Source: Podarcis muralis
Taxonomy: Eukaryota
Assembly: GCF_964188315.1 (NCBI RefSeq)
Contig: NC_135670.1
Span: 17,794,001 to 17,858,000 of the forward strand
Reading direction: 5' to 3'
Length of the DNA: 64,000 nt
Shown here one piece after another: positions 36,370-48,275 of this stretch. The notes beneath the pieces were generated by a model that made no database searches, was not told the DNA's origin, and saw nothing but the letters and a program-made list of their open reading frames with translations. The translations under genes and the position numbers were made by a program. The stretch's first letter is position 1. Each line of letters opens with the position of its first letter.

Positions 36370-37320
36370 TGTTCTCTCTTCATTAGCACACTACCATCCT
36401 CTGGCCGCTTCTTGAACAACAGCCCGTCGTCTCAGGGAACATCATACTCACAGGTTAAAATAAAAATCTCAGGAAGCTGGCGGATAATGGTATCCTCCAC
36501 TAACAGGGGGGCAAACATTGCTTCACCAGCTGATTTACAAATTTCATAAAGTATTTATGAAAATGGAGCAGGTGCTGTAGAGTCAAAGCCCCTAGCTTTA
36601 AATCATTTTGGAATGTTATTGGCTGATCCATTTTCTGGTATTTCCCTTTTCTGGGAAAAGGGTGCTTTTCATAATTCCATCCAGATTGACCATCTGTTCA
36701 GTGAGACATCTTACGCCAAGTTTGACGGTGTCAGATGGCAAGGGTGGTTGCTCACGAGTAACCAGGCAGGACTCCGACCTGTCTTTTACGGGTTTTGTTT
36801 TGGTGCGAAACTATTTACAGTGCAGAACCCCAAAGTTCATGTCTGCCTCAATCGCTAGCAGAATCCGGGAGTGGTTGTTTCCTGGACCTCCCCCAACATA
36901 AAAGTCTCGTTACTCCCAGCCTTTTCCTTCCCTCTTTGCGCTTTAGACTTCTGCACAGGGTGGGTGACGGAAGGGGTGGGCGTGCTTCCCTCCTGGCCGG
37001 CTTGGCCAGCAAGGGTGCTGAGGCTCCCACCAGCATCCTCTGGTCCTTTTCCCTCTTCCCCACTGGAGGTGGGGCTTTCCTCATCACCGGAAGAGGAACT
37101 GCTTCGCAAGATTTTCAGAGGCTCCCTGTAACATAACTGCCCCTCTGTTTCCTGCCCCTGTTCCGATGGCAGTTTCCTGACAGACAGCTTGTTTCTTCAA
37201 CAAGGGAGGAACTGAATGGTTTTGCTGACAGGTTGGCAAACTGAAGTCCAGTACTTGTAGGAATGGGTAGATGAGGATCAGTCTTGGGAGGTCCTGCCTG
37301 GCCAGTAGTTCTTGACAATT
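36370..37320 (-). pseudogene. Inverted, degraded AADACL exon-4 remnant interrupted by a solo LTR
   Basis: The minus strand reads CQELLARQDLPRLILIYPFLQ...QQNHSVPPL, then after the LTR a KFG/LTG-like segment, WISANNIP*FKARG, and CEYDVP*DDGLLFKKR, with stops and indels. Confidence 0.85.
36729..37182. mobile_element. Solo LTR (454 bp) inside the inverted AADACL remnant
   Basis: Termini TGTCAG...CTGACA and 5-bp TSD GACGG/GACAG; the exon frame resumes on both sides. Confidence 0.8.
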
Positions 37321-37915
37321 AGTCATCTCTAGTCACTTAAATGGGTAAACAAACATTGAATGCAGTTCTATAGGGGTTTGTTCTTTCATCTTGAAGAATA
37401 CTCAGATCAATGTGAAATCAGATCTGTCCCTTGCCTCTCCCTCCAGTCCGCACACCCTTTCACCTGGCCACAAGGGCCATACTTCAAATCCTTGTTGAAT
37501 ACTTTTTCCTGGCAGAGGTACCAGCTTGAATAAAATATTGTGAGGCAAGTAAGCTCCAACCCACATAATCGGACACATGATGCAGTGGGTGCACATAATC
37601 AGACCCTCCAAGCACACCTATTTTACAGGGACAGTCCTGCATTTATAAAAGGCGTCCCGGTTTCTGATTTGATTCTGGAATGTCCCACTTTTCCTTAGGA
37701 TGTTCCTATTTTCACCAGAGAAATGTTGGAGGGTATAGAGTTATGCAACCCCGGAGCCAAGGAGATAAGTAACTATATAGCCTTTAGAAGACATCCGAAG
37801 CAAGCAATGTATTGGGGAGTTTTGTAATGTTTTATGTTTTGTTATGTTTTTATTTATGTTGGAAGCCACCTAGAGTGGCTGAGGCACCCCAGTCAGATGG
37901 CTGGCGTATAAATAA

Positions 37916-37952
<37 letters not shown>

Positions 37953-38839
37953 GAATTGGACACCCCAATTTTCATCAGAGAAATGTTTGAAGATATACGC
38001 CATTTGAATGGCAATGCCTGTTGACTTTGGGGGAGGGAGGCACCCTCAAATATTTTTCCAGTGAGGGAACACCCCTTGGCCCCTAGGAGTTGGCTCCTTT
38101 GTTTCTGGCTAGAATGTTTCCTTGAACTTCATAACACCTCTTGTCTGCCAGGAAAGAGAAGGACTTGTATCAAAAACCCCAAACTATTTAGAAGACAGTA
38201 TAAAGGTGCCCATTTCTGATGCAGGTGGATTTCAGAAAAATAAAAAAAAGTCCTCTATGCTCCAAGGACTGTCCTGGCAAGGGCAGTGACACCGCTGTTG
38301 GCAGGATGCCAACGCTGGCATTGATGTCGCAACCTTGATAACCTGGGCTCTCTGAATCACGAGGGATTAAAGACGCCAAAGTATTTTGTGTGGGAGTGCA
38401 AGCACCACAAAAATGAAGACTTGTCTGTTATAAAATTGTTGTTGTTGATGAACAGGACACCCCAATTTTCATCAGAGAAATGTTTGAAGATATACACCAT
38501 TTGAATGGCAATTCCTGTCAACTTTGGGGGAGGGAGGCCCCCTCAAATATTTTCCCGGTGGGGAAAACACTACTTGGCCCCTTGGCGTTGGCTCCTTTGT
38601 TTTCTGGCTAGAATGTGTCCTTGAACTTCAATAAATTCCTCTTGTTTGCTAGGAAAGAGAAGGGCTTGTATCAAAACTGTCAGTGTTTGTAAAAAGCAAA
38701 AAAAAAGAAGGAAAGGGTTCTGACCTCCCTTTGTCTCTTCAGCCTGGTCCTCGGACCCTTGTCTGCATAAAAGAGTCCACGAGAATATCCTTGCAGAGTT
38801 TTATTCTTAAAAGTCTTTGTGCAAAAGCGACTGACACAC

Positions 38840-38986
38840 NNNNNNNNNNNNNNNNNNNNNNNNNNNNNNNNNNNNNNNNNNNNNNNNNNNNNNNNNNNNN
38901 NNNNNNNNNNNNNNNNNNNNNNNNNNNNNNNNNNNNNNNNNNNNNNNNNNNNNNNNNNNNNNNNNNNNNNNNNNNNNNNNNNNNNN
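38840..38986. other. Assembly gap (147 N)
   Basis: Run of n characters. Confidence 1.
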
Positions 38987-39881
38987 ACATTTCTCACTTT
39001 ATATATACAACCTGCTGCAGGCCGCTGACTCATGCTGACCCAGCTTTATTCGCATTAAAGAAACAGCGGCCATTTTAGCCGTGACAATTTAGAAGACAAA
39101 ATAAAAGTGCCCATTTCTGAAGCAGGTGGCTTTCAGAAAAATCAAGAATGTCCTGCTAATTTCTACTTCTGGTGGCTGCTGGGAGGGAGATTTCTTTGGA
39201 AATGTCTTACAGTGTGAGAAAACCTAATCCTTCCCATTCAACGATTTCCCGCTCCTCATCAAGAAAAAGAGTCAGGAGAGTTACAGAGTCCTCAGCTGTG
39301 CCGTGCTTGACCAGCTGTCCACAGAGAAAACTGAAAAGCTGGATGCTGCCTCTTTTTATAAATAAATGAAATAAATAAATGAAAGTGGAGTTGCATGTGC
39401 AGCAATCAAATTTGTGCAAGAGCAGGATTGGCTCCCATTGTGTGCATGGACAGTGCCAACCTCTTTGCTCAACACACTGTCCTGACAGGGGCAGTGATAC
39501 TGCTGTTGGCAGGAGGTTAACGCTGACATTGATGTGCCATCCCTGATAACGTGCGCTCTCTGAATTACGAGGGATTAAAGACTCCAAAGTATTTTGTGTG
39601 GGAGGGCAAGCACCACAAAAATGAAGATGTGTTGCATAGGCAACACCTGACTTAAGAGAAGGGTTCTTGCCCATCTGATTATCCTTCAGAGGCTATGAAA
39701 ATTCAGAGGCTATGGATAGCCTGTAAATTCTGAACTGATTAGCAAACTGTTTGTTTTCTTCTCAACTGTGTGGGTTGGCCACAGGATGTTCTCTTGCATG
39801 CTGTAGACTGTTCTTGTACAAAAGCCACTTAGCAATTGCTAAGACGAAGTCTCTACCTCTGTGCTTCTGAGTTGAAGGGAA

Positions 39882-42800
39882 ATGGCATTTGGTGGAATCC
39901 TGTGGATGCTGATATTATATATGACCATTTTCATTCACTTCATGCTGCTTGCATGGGGAGTTTATTATCGTCTTACCAGGCCCTACCTGCCTCAAGGAAT
40001 AAGCGGTCGTGCAAATTTAATATTTGTTGATTTCGTAGTGGGATATGGATTTGTACTGGTAAGTTTATTTTATATATGTCGCAGGAATGAGGTGGCCCCT
40101 CTACTAGAAGGGCTGTAACCTTTCAAATATTTTAGTTTAGAGAAACGGCGAGTAATAGGCGACATGATAGAAGTTTATAAAATCTAGCATAACATGGAGA
40201 AAGTGGATAGAGAGTTTTTCTCCCTCTCTCATGAACTTGTGCACAATCGAATGAAGCTCAGTGTTGGAAGATTCAGGACAGATGGAAGAAAGTACTTCTT
40301 CACACCGAACATATTCAAATTATGGAAGTCGCTCCCACAAGGGGCAGTGATGGCTGCCAAATTGAATACCTATCCAAAGGTACGGTAAGTTCACGAAGGA
40401 GAAGGCTATGGGTTGCTACTAGCCTCCTAGCCTATGCCTCTAGAGCTGGAGGCAGCAATTCTTCTGAACACCAGATATGGAAAGAGGAAAGGGCTCCTGT
40501 GTTCAGATCTTGCTTGAAAGTTTCCCACAGGGAACAGGCTTCTGGACTAGATGTGCCATTGGCCAGGTCCAACAGACTCTTTTTACGTTCTTATGTGTAT
40601 ATATGTTTATATATGTGTACATATATCTATATCTATATCTATAGATAGATACCTTCACAACATCCCAATCTCTAAGTGGAGAGTGGTGAGTGAAAGGATA
40701 TACAGTGTAGGTGCCTCACAAGTGAGGGGTTTGTTCCATAGGCAGTGCATGTATGCACTTTTTTAAAATGCAAAATTATCTAAGACTGATCATAAATGCT
40801 GAATGTTTTGGTTTCAACAGGGAGCGTTTCTGGAAAAACTGGGCATTTGCCGTAAGCATATCTTCCTCAGGGTTATGTACGATGCCATACCAACAAGGAA
40901 GGACTCAAAGTTGATCAGAAAGGACCTGGTTTTTGATGGGGTGCCTGTGAGGGTGTACTGGCCCAAGACACCAGCTGCTGGGAACAGGAGAGGAATCATC
41001 TATCTTCATGGAGGCGCTGGACTCATCGGAAGCATCCGTAAGCTCTTTGGAATGTTTTTGAAAAGGATAATTTGAGGTGGTACTTTAATGTAAAGGTCTT
41101 GAAATGCTTGTTATGTGAGGTGTGGAAGTGGTTTGTACTGCTCCTGTAGGCAGCTTAAGTTTTGTGAAGGATTGGATTGTGTGGTCAGAAAACAGGTGGA
41201 GACCTCTTGTTACAAAGGTGACCAGTTCTGTATTAATTCCTAGTATCACAGTCAATGAAAAATCCTTAAAATGTCAAAGAAGGTGTTTCTGCTTCAAGCC
41301 CGAAAGGACTTTTTTGTAAGTGCTTCCAGAAGTGATCAGAAATAACTGGAAAGAAGCCAAGAAATGCGGGTGGAAGTTTGTTTTTGATCCATTGAAACTG
41401 CTTGATCTCTGTTACAGATCAGGAGAGGGTAAAACTCACAGAATGGTTTTTAGCTAGCGATGCCCCATTTACAAAGAGTTCAATGCAACTGAGTTTTTCC
41501 CAGAGGAAATTCATTAAAAGTTGTTGTTTTCTACAGTCAAGAAGCGCATCCAATTTATGACATATAAATAAATAAGCAGATATATCCATCTATCTCTATA
41601 TTTCAACAGTTTTACTTTCAATAGAACTAACATTGGATTCAACTCACAATGATATCAGTGTTCTTGACCAGGAAAAATTGTAATGAAGGGGTTGTGGGGC
41701 TTGTGCTTTCTTCCAGAAGTCTATGAAAAGGTCTGCCGTTTCATTGCACACCAAAGTGATTCAGTGGTTATGACTGTTGGGTAAGTGGCTTCACTCTCAT
41801 TGTATCAGAAAGAACATGGAATGCCTCTCAGTTTCTAACCTTTCCTAGGGAATATTAATTATATATATATAATAATTTATATGGTACGCATCTGGCAAGC
41901 CCCAGCAACTCAGGACGGCTCCTGAAAAAAAATAGTAAAAACACAATAAATCATCAAAGACTAAAAACTTCCCTGATCAGGGGTGTCTTCATATGTATTT
42001 TAAAATTTACATAGGTGCTTATCTCCTTGACATCTGCTGGGAGGGCATTCTACAGGGTGGGTGCGATTACGGAAAAGGTCCTCTGCCTGGTTCCCTGTAA
42101 CCTCACCTCTGGCAATGAGGGAACCACTAGAAGTCCATTGGAGATGGATCTCAGAGTCTGGGTTGGACAATGGGGGTGGAGACACTGCTTCAGGTATACC
42201 GGGCCCAAGTCGTTTACGGATTTAAAGGTCAGCACCAACAGCGGCGTAGCGTGGGTTGTCAGCACTCGGGGCAAGGCAAGTAATTTGCGCCCCCTAACCC
42301 GTGGATTTGCGCCCCCTAACCTGTGGATTTGCGCCCCCTAACCCATGGATTTGCCCTAACCCCAGATGTTGCGCCCGGTGCGGCCGGCCCCCCCTGCACC
42401 CCCCATGCTACGCCACTGAGCACCAACATTTTGAATTGTGCACAGAAACGTATTGGGAGCCAATCAGTGGAGTAGCTAGGCAGAAGTGTACGGGGTGACT
42501 TGCCACAGGAAGCACTTACCTTTGGGGGTGGTACAACAGCGCCCCAAGAGCCCAGTGCACCTCTAGGAAAGTCAGTGCAGCCAGGGGCTTGGCCCACAGC
42601 ACACCAGAGCTGCTGCATCCCCCCAGTCACCCTCTGGTGGCTGAGAAAGAAACAATGGGGATGTGTTGGCCACACAAGGAGGGCCGCTGGAAGGGACACG
42701 TCTTGGGCGCCCAGCAGGCCCAGTGCTGCCCAAAAAAGCAGCATGGGGGCAGCACACTCCCACTATGTCCCCCTCAGCTGGTGGGTGCCCAGGAGGGATG

Positions 42801-45033
42801 CGCCACCTTGGGCACCCCCAGGCCCAGCACTTCCCGAAAAAGTGCAACCTGCATGCCCCATGGAGCTCACTATGGCGTTGGAGCCAATGTAGTTTTCTTA
42901 GGACTAGTGTTATGTGGTCCTGGCTGCTTCTCCCATTCACCAGTCTAGCTGCTACATTTTGGATTAGTTGTGCTTTCCAAGTCACCTTCAAAAGTAGCCC
43001 CACATCCAGCACATTGCAATAGTCAAAGCCAGAGATGACCAGAGCACGTACCACCCTGGTGAGACAATGTGCAGGCAGGTAGGGTCTCAGCCAGCCTACT
43101 AGATGGAGCTGGTAGACAGCTTCCCTGGACACAAACCTGACCTGTGCCCCCATGGACACCTGTGAGTCCAGAATGACTCCTAGGCTGTGCACCTGGTCCT
43201 TTAGGGGCACAGTTGCCCGACTCAGGACCACACCCACCCAGCCCGTCCCCCAGAAACAGTATTTCTGTCTTGTTGGGACTCAAGTTCAGTGGGTGAAATG
43301 CCATCCAGCTTTATAAAGTTGTAAACATAGTGATTTTGCCAACATTTAGAATGGGTGTTCATTTTTGTATTTAGATTTCTAGCTCAAATCCCTTTGACTT
43401 TGAACATAGTAAGAAATCTGCTGGATCAGGCCAAAGGGGACTCATCTAGTCCAGCACCATGTTCTCACAGTGGCAAACCAGATGCCCGAATGGGAAACGC
43501 ACAAGCAGGACCTGAGCAGAAGAGCTCTCTCCCCAGGTCCAGTTTCCAGCAACTGGTATTCAGAAGCATTACTGCCTCTGATAGTGGCACATCATCCTTG
43601 TGACTAGTATCCATTGCTATTAGCAATTGCTAGTAGTCTTGCCAACCTGATCAGGTGAGCTGTGGATGGAGGAAGGTAGATACCAAGTAGTGGGATTATA
43701 ACTTCACTGATGCACAGGATGCTGGACAGTGCTACAGGAACATGATAATGGACTCATTTACAGTTGTGGTTTTTAACACTCAAAACGAGTTTTAAACGGG
43801 TTAGGATATCCAGTTGAAGAACTTAAACAATGTGCCATTGAAACATGACACCAGGGGGCAGTGCAGAGTCATTCCTGTCAAATAATTTGGTATATGTTGT
43901 AGAAAAGGATGCGAAGGAAAAACCAAATGCCTTTACATTTTAGAATGACATTAAAATATCTTTCTAAGAACACTTAAAAAGTGAGTGTAGATCCAGATAT
44001 GGACAGGGGAAAACAAGAAGGAAGCAGCTGGAGGGGAGAGAATGGTGTGTGGCTATGTGTAGCAACAAGTGTAGATTTCCAAAGGGAAAGTTTGCATTTG
44101 CTTTTTATTTTTGTCTCAGGCCCCCATAGGGTTGCACAGAAAGGAATGTGGCCCTAGGGGTGAAAAAGATTCCCAACACTTGCAATATGTAATGCAGGCA
44201 AACGGTCCTTTTCTGTAAAGTGTATGATGTTGATATCTTGTTTTCTTTTTAGATTTCGTTTAGCTCCTGAGCATCTCTATCCGGTCCCTGTCCTGGACTG
44301 TTTAACTGCTACAATACACTTTCTGAAGAATGCAGAGGAATACGGAGTGGACCCCAACTGCATTGCCATTGCTGGGGACAGTAGTGGAGGCACATTTGCT
44401 GCAGCTATTTGTCAAGAACTGGTGACCAGAGAGGACCTCCCAAGACTGCGAGCTCTGGTCCTGATCTACCCATTTCTACAAGCAGTGGACTTCGATTTGC
44501 CATCCTATCAGCAAAACCAATCAGTTCCTCCCTTGTTCAGGAAACGAGTTGTTAAATTTGGTTCGACATATATCACTGGGAAGGAGATAAATGTGGACCC
44601 AGTTATAAAAGGTGCCCACATCCCTCCTGATTTGAGGGAGAAATACCGAAAATGGATCAGTGCTGATAACATTCCAGAAGAATTTAAGGCCAGGGGCTAT
44701 GTCCCTAATGCTCCTGCTCCATTTTCAGAAGAAATTTATGAACAACATAAAATGGGTCTTGAGGCAATGTTTGCCCCCCTTCTAGCAGAGGATGACATAA
44801 TCCGCCAGCTCCCAGAGACTTTCCTTCTAACCTGTGAATATGATGTTCTCCGGGATGATGGGCTGTTGTACAAGAAGCGGCTAGAGGACAACGGTGTGCC
44901 CGTGACACATCATCATCTTCCAGATGCAGGCCATGCAGGACTTAGCATTTTTGGTTGGGGGCCATTTGAATTTCCGAGCTCAAAGAAATGTTTGCAGCAT
45001 ATGGTACAGTTCTTAAAAGTTTTATCGAAATAA
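39882..45033 (+). CDS. AADACL4: AADACL4-like esterase paralog C, join(39882..40058,40821..41037,41717..41780,44253..45033), 412 aa
   Basis: Four exons with GT-AG junctions and an open frame; GDSSGG, EYDVLRDDG, DAGH. Confidence 0.9.
42239..42418. mobile_element. hAT-type MITE, same family as 7922-8103 in opposite orientation
   Basis: TIRs as above and TSD AGCACCAA; nested in an L2 3' fragment. Confidence 0.85.
42900..43315 (-). mobile_element. L2 RT fragment (paralogous, longer copy at 57313-57990)
   Basis: VPLKDQVHSLGVILDSQ...YQLHLV...LIQNVAARLV. Confidence 0.8.
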
Positions 45034-45724
45034 ATGACCGTCTTTGTCATTTCCTGGATCAGATCATTGGCCCACTTCATCCAGCATCCTGTTCTCACAG
45101 TGACCAAGCAGAGGCCTCTTGAGATGCCAGCAAACAGTACCTAGGTGCAAGAAAAGTCTTCCTATTTGTGAGTCCTAGCAAGCAGTATTCAGTGGCATAC
45201 AACCCACAATAGTGCAAACATACCTATAGCCTCCTCCATGAATTGGCCTAATCTATGATTAGATGGGCTCAAGATCTTGGCCATAATACAGAGATGTCCC
45301 AGTGGGAAAACTTTTGGAGGGTTTAGGCATTCACAAACTAAAGGAAGGATTGAACTCTGATTAATAAGAATACACACAGAGGCTTGAACCAGCAAGACTC
45401 TGGGAAGGGTGCATATAATAATCTCTGTCTCTCTGTGTCTCCAGCCCCCTCGGCCCCAGGTCGTTTTATTCACAAAAGAGCTTTTTACAGAGTGACATTT
45501 GGCAACCGCCCCCCCCCCTGGAGGTGATAAACAATCAATACATATGATAAGAAGGATGGCCAGGAGGACAACGATCATTATCACCTTCATGTGAGATCTG
45601 TTTCCTGGCCCTAAGATTAACATCCTACATCAAAGAAACTTGCCCTCTGTCTTTGATGACCCAGAAGCCTGCCTGTCTAAGCAACTGGGCTGTGTGACTT
45701 GTGAAGAAAGAGAAATGGGCAGTA

Positions 45725-46866
45725 CAGTGGTGCCTCGCAAGACGAAATTAATTCGTTCCGCAAGTCTCTTCGTCTTGCGGTTTTTTCGTCTTGCGATGCA
45801 CGGTTTCCCATAGGAATGCATTGAAAATCAATTAATGTGTTCCTAGGGAAACCGCCTTCAGACCAGGTCCGGGGACAGTCTGTCCCCCGACCTCTTCTGA
45901 AGGCTGGGGGGGGGACAAGGTGTTCCCGCCCCCCCGCCCCGCTTCGGAGCAGCGTTCCGAAGCGGGGCGGCTGGGGCAGGTGTTCCCGCCCCCCCGCCCC
46001 GCTTCGGAGCAGCGTTCCGAAGCGGGGCGGCTGGGGCAGGTGTTCCCGCCCCCCCGCCCCGCTTCGGAGCAGCGTTCCGAAGCGGGGCGGCTGGGGCAGG
46101 TGTTCCCGCCCCCCGCCCCGCTTCGGAGCAGCGCTCGGAAGCGGGGTGGCTGGGGCAGGTGTTCCCGCCCCCCCGCCCCGCTTCGGAGCAGCGTTCCGAA
46201 GCGGGGCGGCTGGGGCAGGTGTTCCCGCCCCCCCGCCCCGCTTCGGGGCAGCGTTCCGAAGCGGGGCGGCTGGGGCAGGTGTTCCCGCCCCCCCGCCCCG
46301 CTTCGGAGCAGCGTTCCGAAGCGGGGCGGCTGGGGCAGGTGTTCCCTCCCCCCCGCCCGGCTTCGGAGCACCGGGAGAAGCGATCTCCCCGCAGCCCCTT
46401 GCTTCAAAAGAGGTCCGGGGGCAGCGGGGAAGAAGCGCTGCGCTTCCCGCTGCCCCCGGACCTCTTTTGAAGCAAGGGGCTGTGGGGAGATCGCTTTTCC
46501 CCGCAAACCCTTGCTTCAAAAGAGGTCCGGGGGCAGCGCGAAGCGCTTCCCGCTGTCCCCGGACCTCTTTTGAAGCAAGGGGCGGTGGGGAGAAGCGATC
46601 TCCCCGCAGCCCCTTGCTTCAAAAGAGGTCCGGGGGCAGCGGGAAGCGCTTCCCGCTGTCCCCGGACCTGGGGCTGCGGGGAGAAGATCGCTTCTCCCCG
46701 CCGCCCCTTGCTTCAAAAGAGAAGACCCGCTGTCCCCTGGGCAAGCTTCGTTTTGCGAAGCAAGCCCATAGGGAAATTCGTCTTGCGAGGCAACTCGAAA
46801 ACGAAAAAACCTTTCGTTTTGCGAGTTTTTCGTCTCGCGAGGCGTTCGTCTTGCGGGGTACCACTG
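45725..46866. mobile_element. Tigger/pogo-type non-autonomous DNA transposon carrying GC-rich minisatellites
   Basis: TIRs CAGTGGTGCCTCGCAAGACGAA/TTCGTCTTGCGGGGTACCACTG; TA TSD. Confidence 0.85.
45919..46370. repeat. 60-bp GC-rich minisatellite, about 7.5 units, each with an internal palindrome
   Basis: Unit GGTGTTCCCGCCCCCCCGCCCCGCTTCGGAGCAGCGTTCCGAAGCGGGGCGGCTGGGGCA. Confidence 0.95.
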
Positions 46867-47039
46867 TAGAGGAAATGGCCAGAGATGCAGAGGGTTGTGG
46901 GATTTGATCAGAAATTATTGTCAATGAATCAAACCCAGTCAACACAATGCATTCATCGTGGACACAATGGCTTGATGCATATTTTATAATTCCTCATAGT
47001 AATCCCACCTGACCCCACACTCTGGATATTTGCACTCCT

Positions 47040-47700
47040 ACAGAGGGTTAATTGGAAGTTTACTATAAGGGTTGCACTATAAGGGAAAACCTCCAAAAAG
47101 TTTTTTATCGCTGGCACTTGACACCCTGTAAACTTGCTAAGATGTATAGAAACCTCTCTAAGAATTGTTGGAGATGCGGCGAACCTGGTGGGACTACATT
47201 ACATATGTGGTGGGCATGCAAAGGGATTAAACCATTTTGGAATGACATCTCTCTTGAACTTAAATTTTTTTAAAAAGTAAATATTCTGAAAAAAACGGAA
47301 TCATTGGGCATTACCGGTCTGGATATCCCTAAAAAAACAAGGATAATCTTTTTGTATGCCACCACAGCTGCGAGGGTTATAATAGCTACACATTAGAAAA
47401 GTGAATATATACCCACTAGATCGGGCTGGATACTAAAACTGACAGAATATGTGGAGCTAGACTATTTATCAGAAAGAATTAAAGATAAATCCAAACAGGA
47501 GTTTATCTCAAATTGGAATTGTTTTAAGGAATATTTAAAAAGTAATTGTTGCAATCTGAAAACGGTAACAGCCTTTGAGTAATTTCTGTAGACACTGAAT
47601 ATAAAAGGAAAATCGATAGAAAAGACAATACTGTTAATAAAAAGATAATAGACAATACAGGCAACAAGTTTATTAGTACAAAATGGAAGAGATGGGAAGT
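47040..47700 (+). mobile_element. L1 ORF2 3' fragment with CCHC knuckle
   Basis: RWHLTPCKL..CWRCGEPGGTTLHMWWAC..FW. Confidence 0.85.
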
Positions 47701-47799
47701 CATTTATTTATGGAAAATATTATGATTTTAAAATTACATCTTCTTTTCTTTTTCTATTTGTGTTTAGTAATATAGGTTGACTTAAGAATGATGACAATA

Positions 47800-48275
47800 A
47801 TAGTCACCAAATACATTTTGAAAACAAAAACATGTTTAATGGCAAGATGTAAAGTTATGATTTAAAGATTTTCTGGTTTACTTAACATTGTGAGCATAAG
47901 CACTTAAAACCTTTCCCCCCTAAATTTGTTCTCTGCAAATTTTGAATCACATCATCAAAATCAATTCCTTTTGCTTTCGGTGGAAAGAAACACCCACCCC
48001 CCTTCCTTATTCATACGCTCTCCACTACATCGAGTTCAGCCGCGTTTTGTTGCGTTTGTTGACTGATCTAAAAGGTTTCAATGACTTGTTGAGGTTAATT
48101 AATTGTCAGACAAAGTTATTAAACTCATTTTAAATAATATTACTTTTTCAAAAAATGTTGTGAGCCCAAATTTTTAAATTTTATTTTAAAAACACATATT
48201 TTTGGCATTTTGTCACCCCCCCCCCAGTGATGACACCTGAGGAGACCCGCACCCCCCTTCCTGCGCCGCTGGCGA
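47800..48275 (-). mobile_element. Possible hAT transposon remnant
   Basis: The minus strand has IDFDDVI (like the hAT dimerisation-domain end) and a GTCACCCC...-type terminus shared with about 54215-54275. Confidence 0.4.

Noticed and set aside
43355-43603. 82-aa ORF conserved between 43355 and 58027
   Set aside because: It lies in a near-identical intronic block partly made of SINE-like sequence; the conservation reflects DNA homogenisation and gives no evidence of coding.
45919-46370. CRISPR-like array of palindromic repeats
   Set aside because: There are no unique spacers (the units are contiguous), there are no cas genes, the context is eukaryotic, and the array lies inside a MITE.
45677-46907. 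Long ORFs (217-356 aa) in several frames on both strands
   Set aside because: They are an artefact of the GC-rich 60-bp minisatellite, which lacks stop codons.
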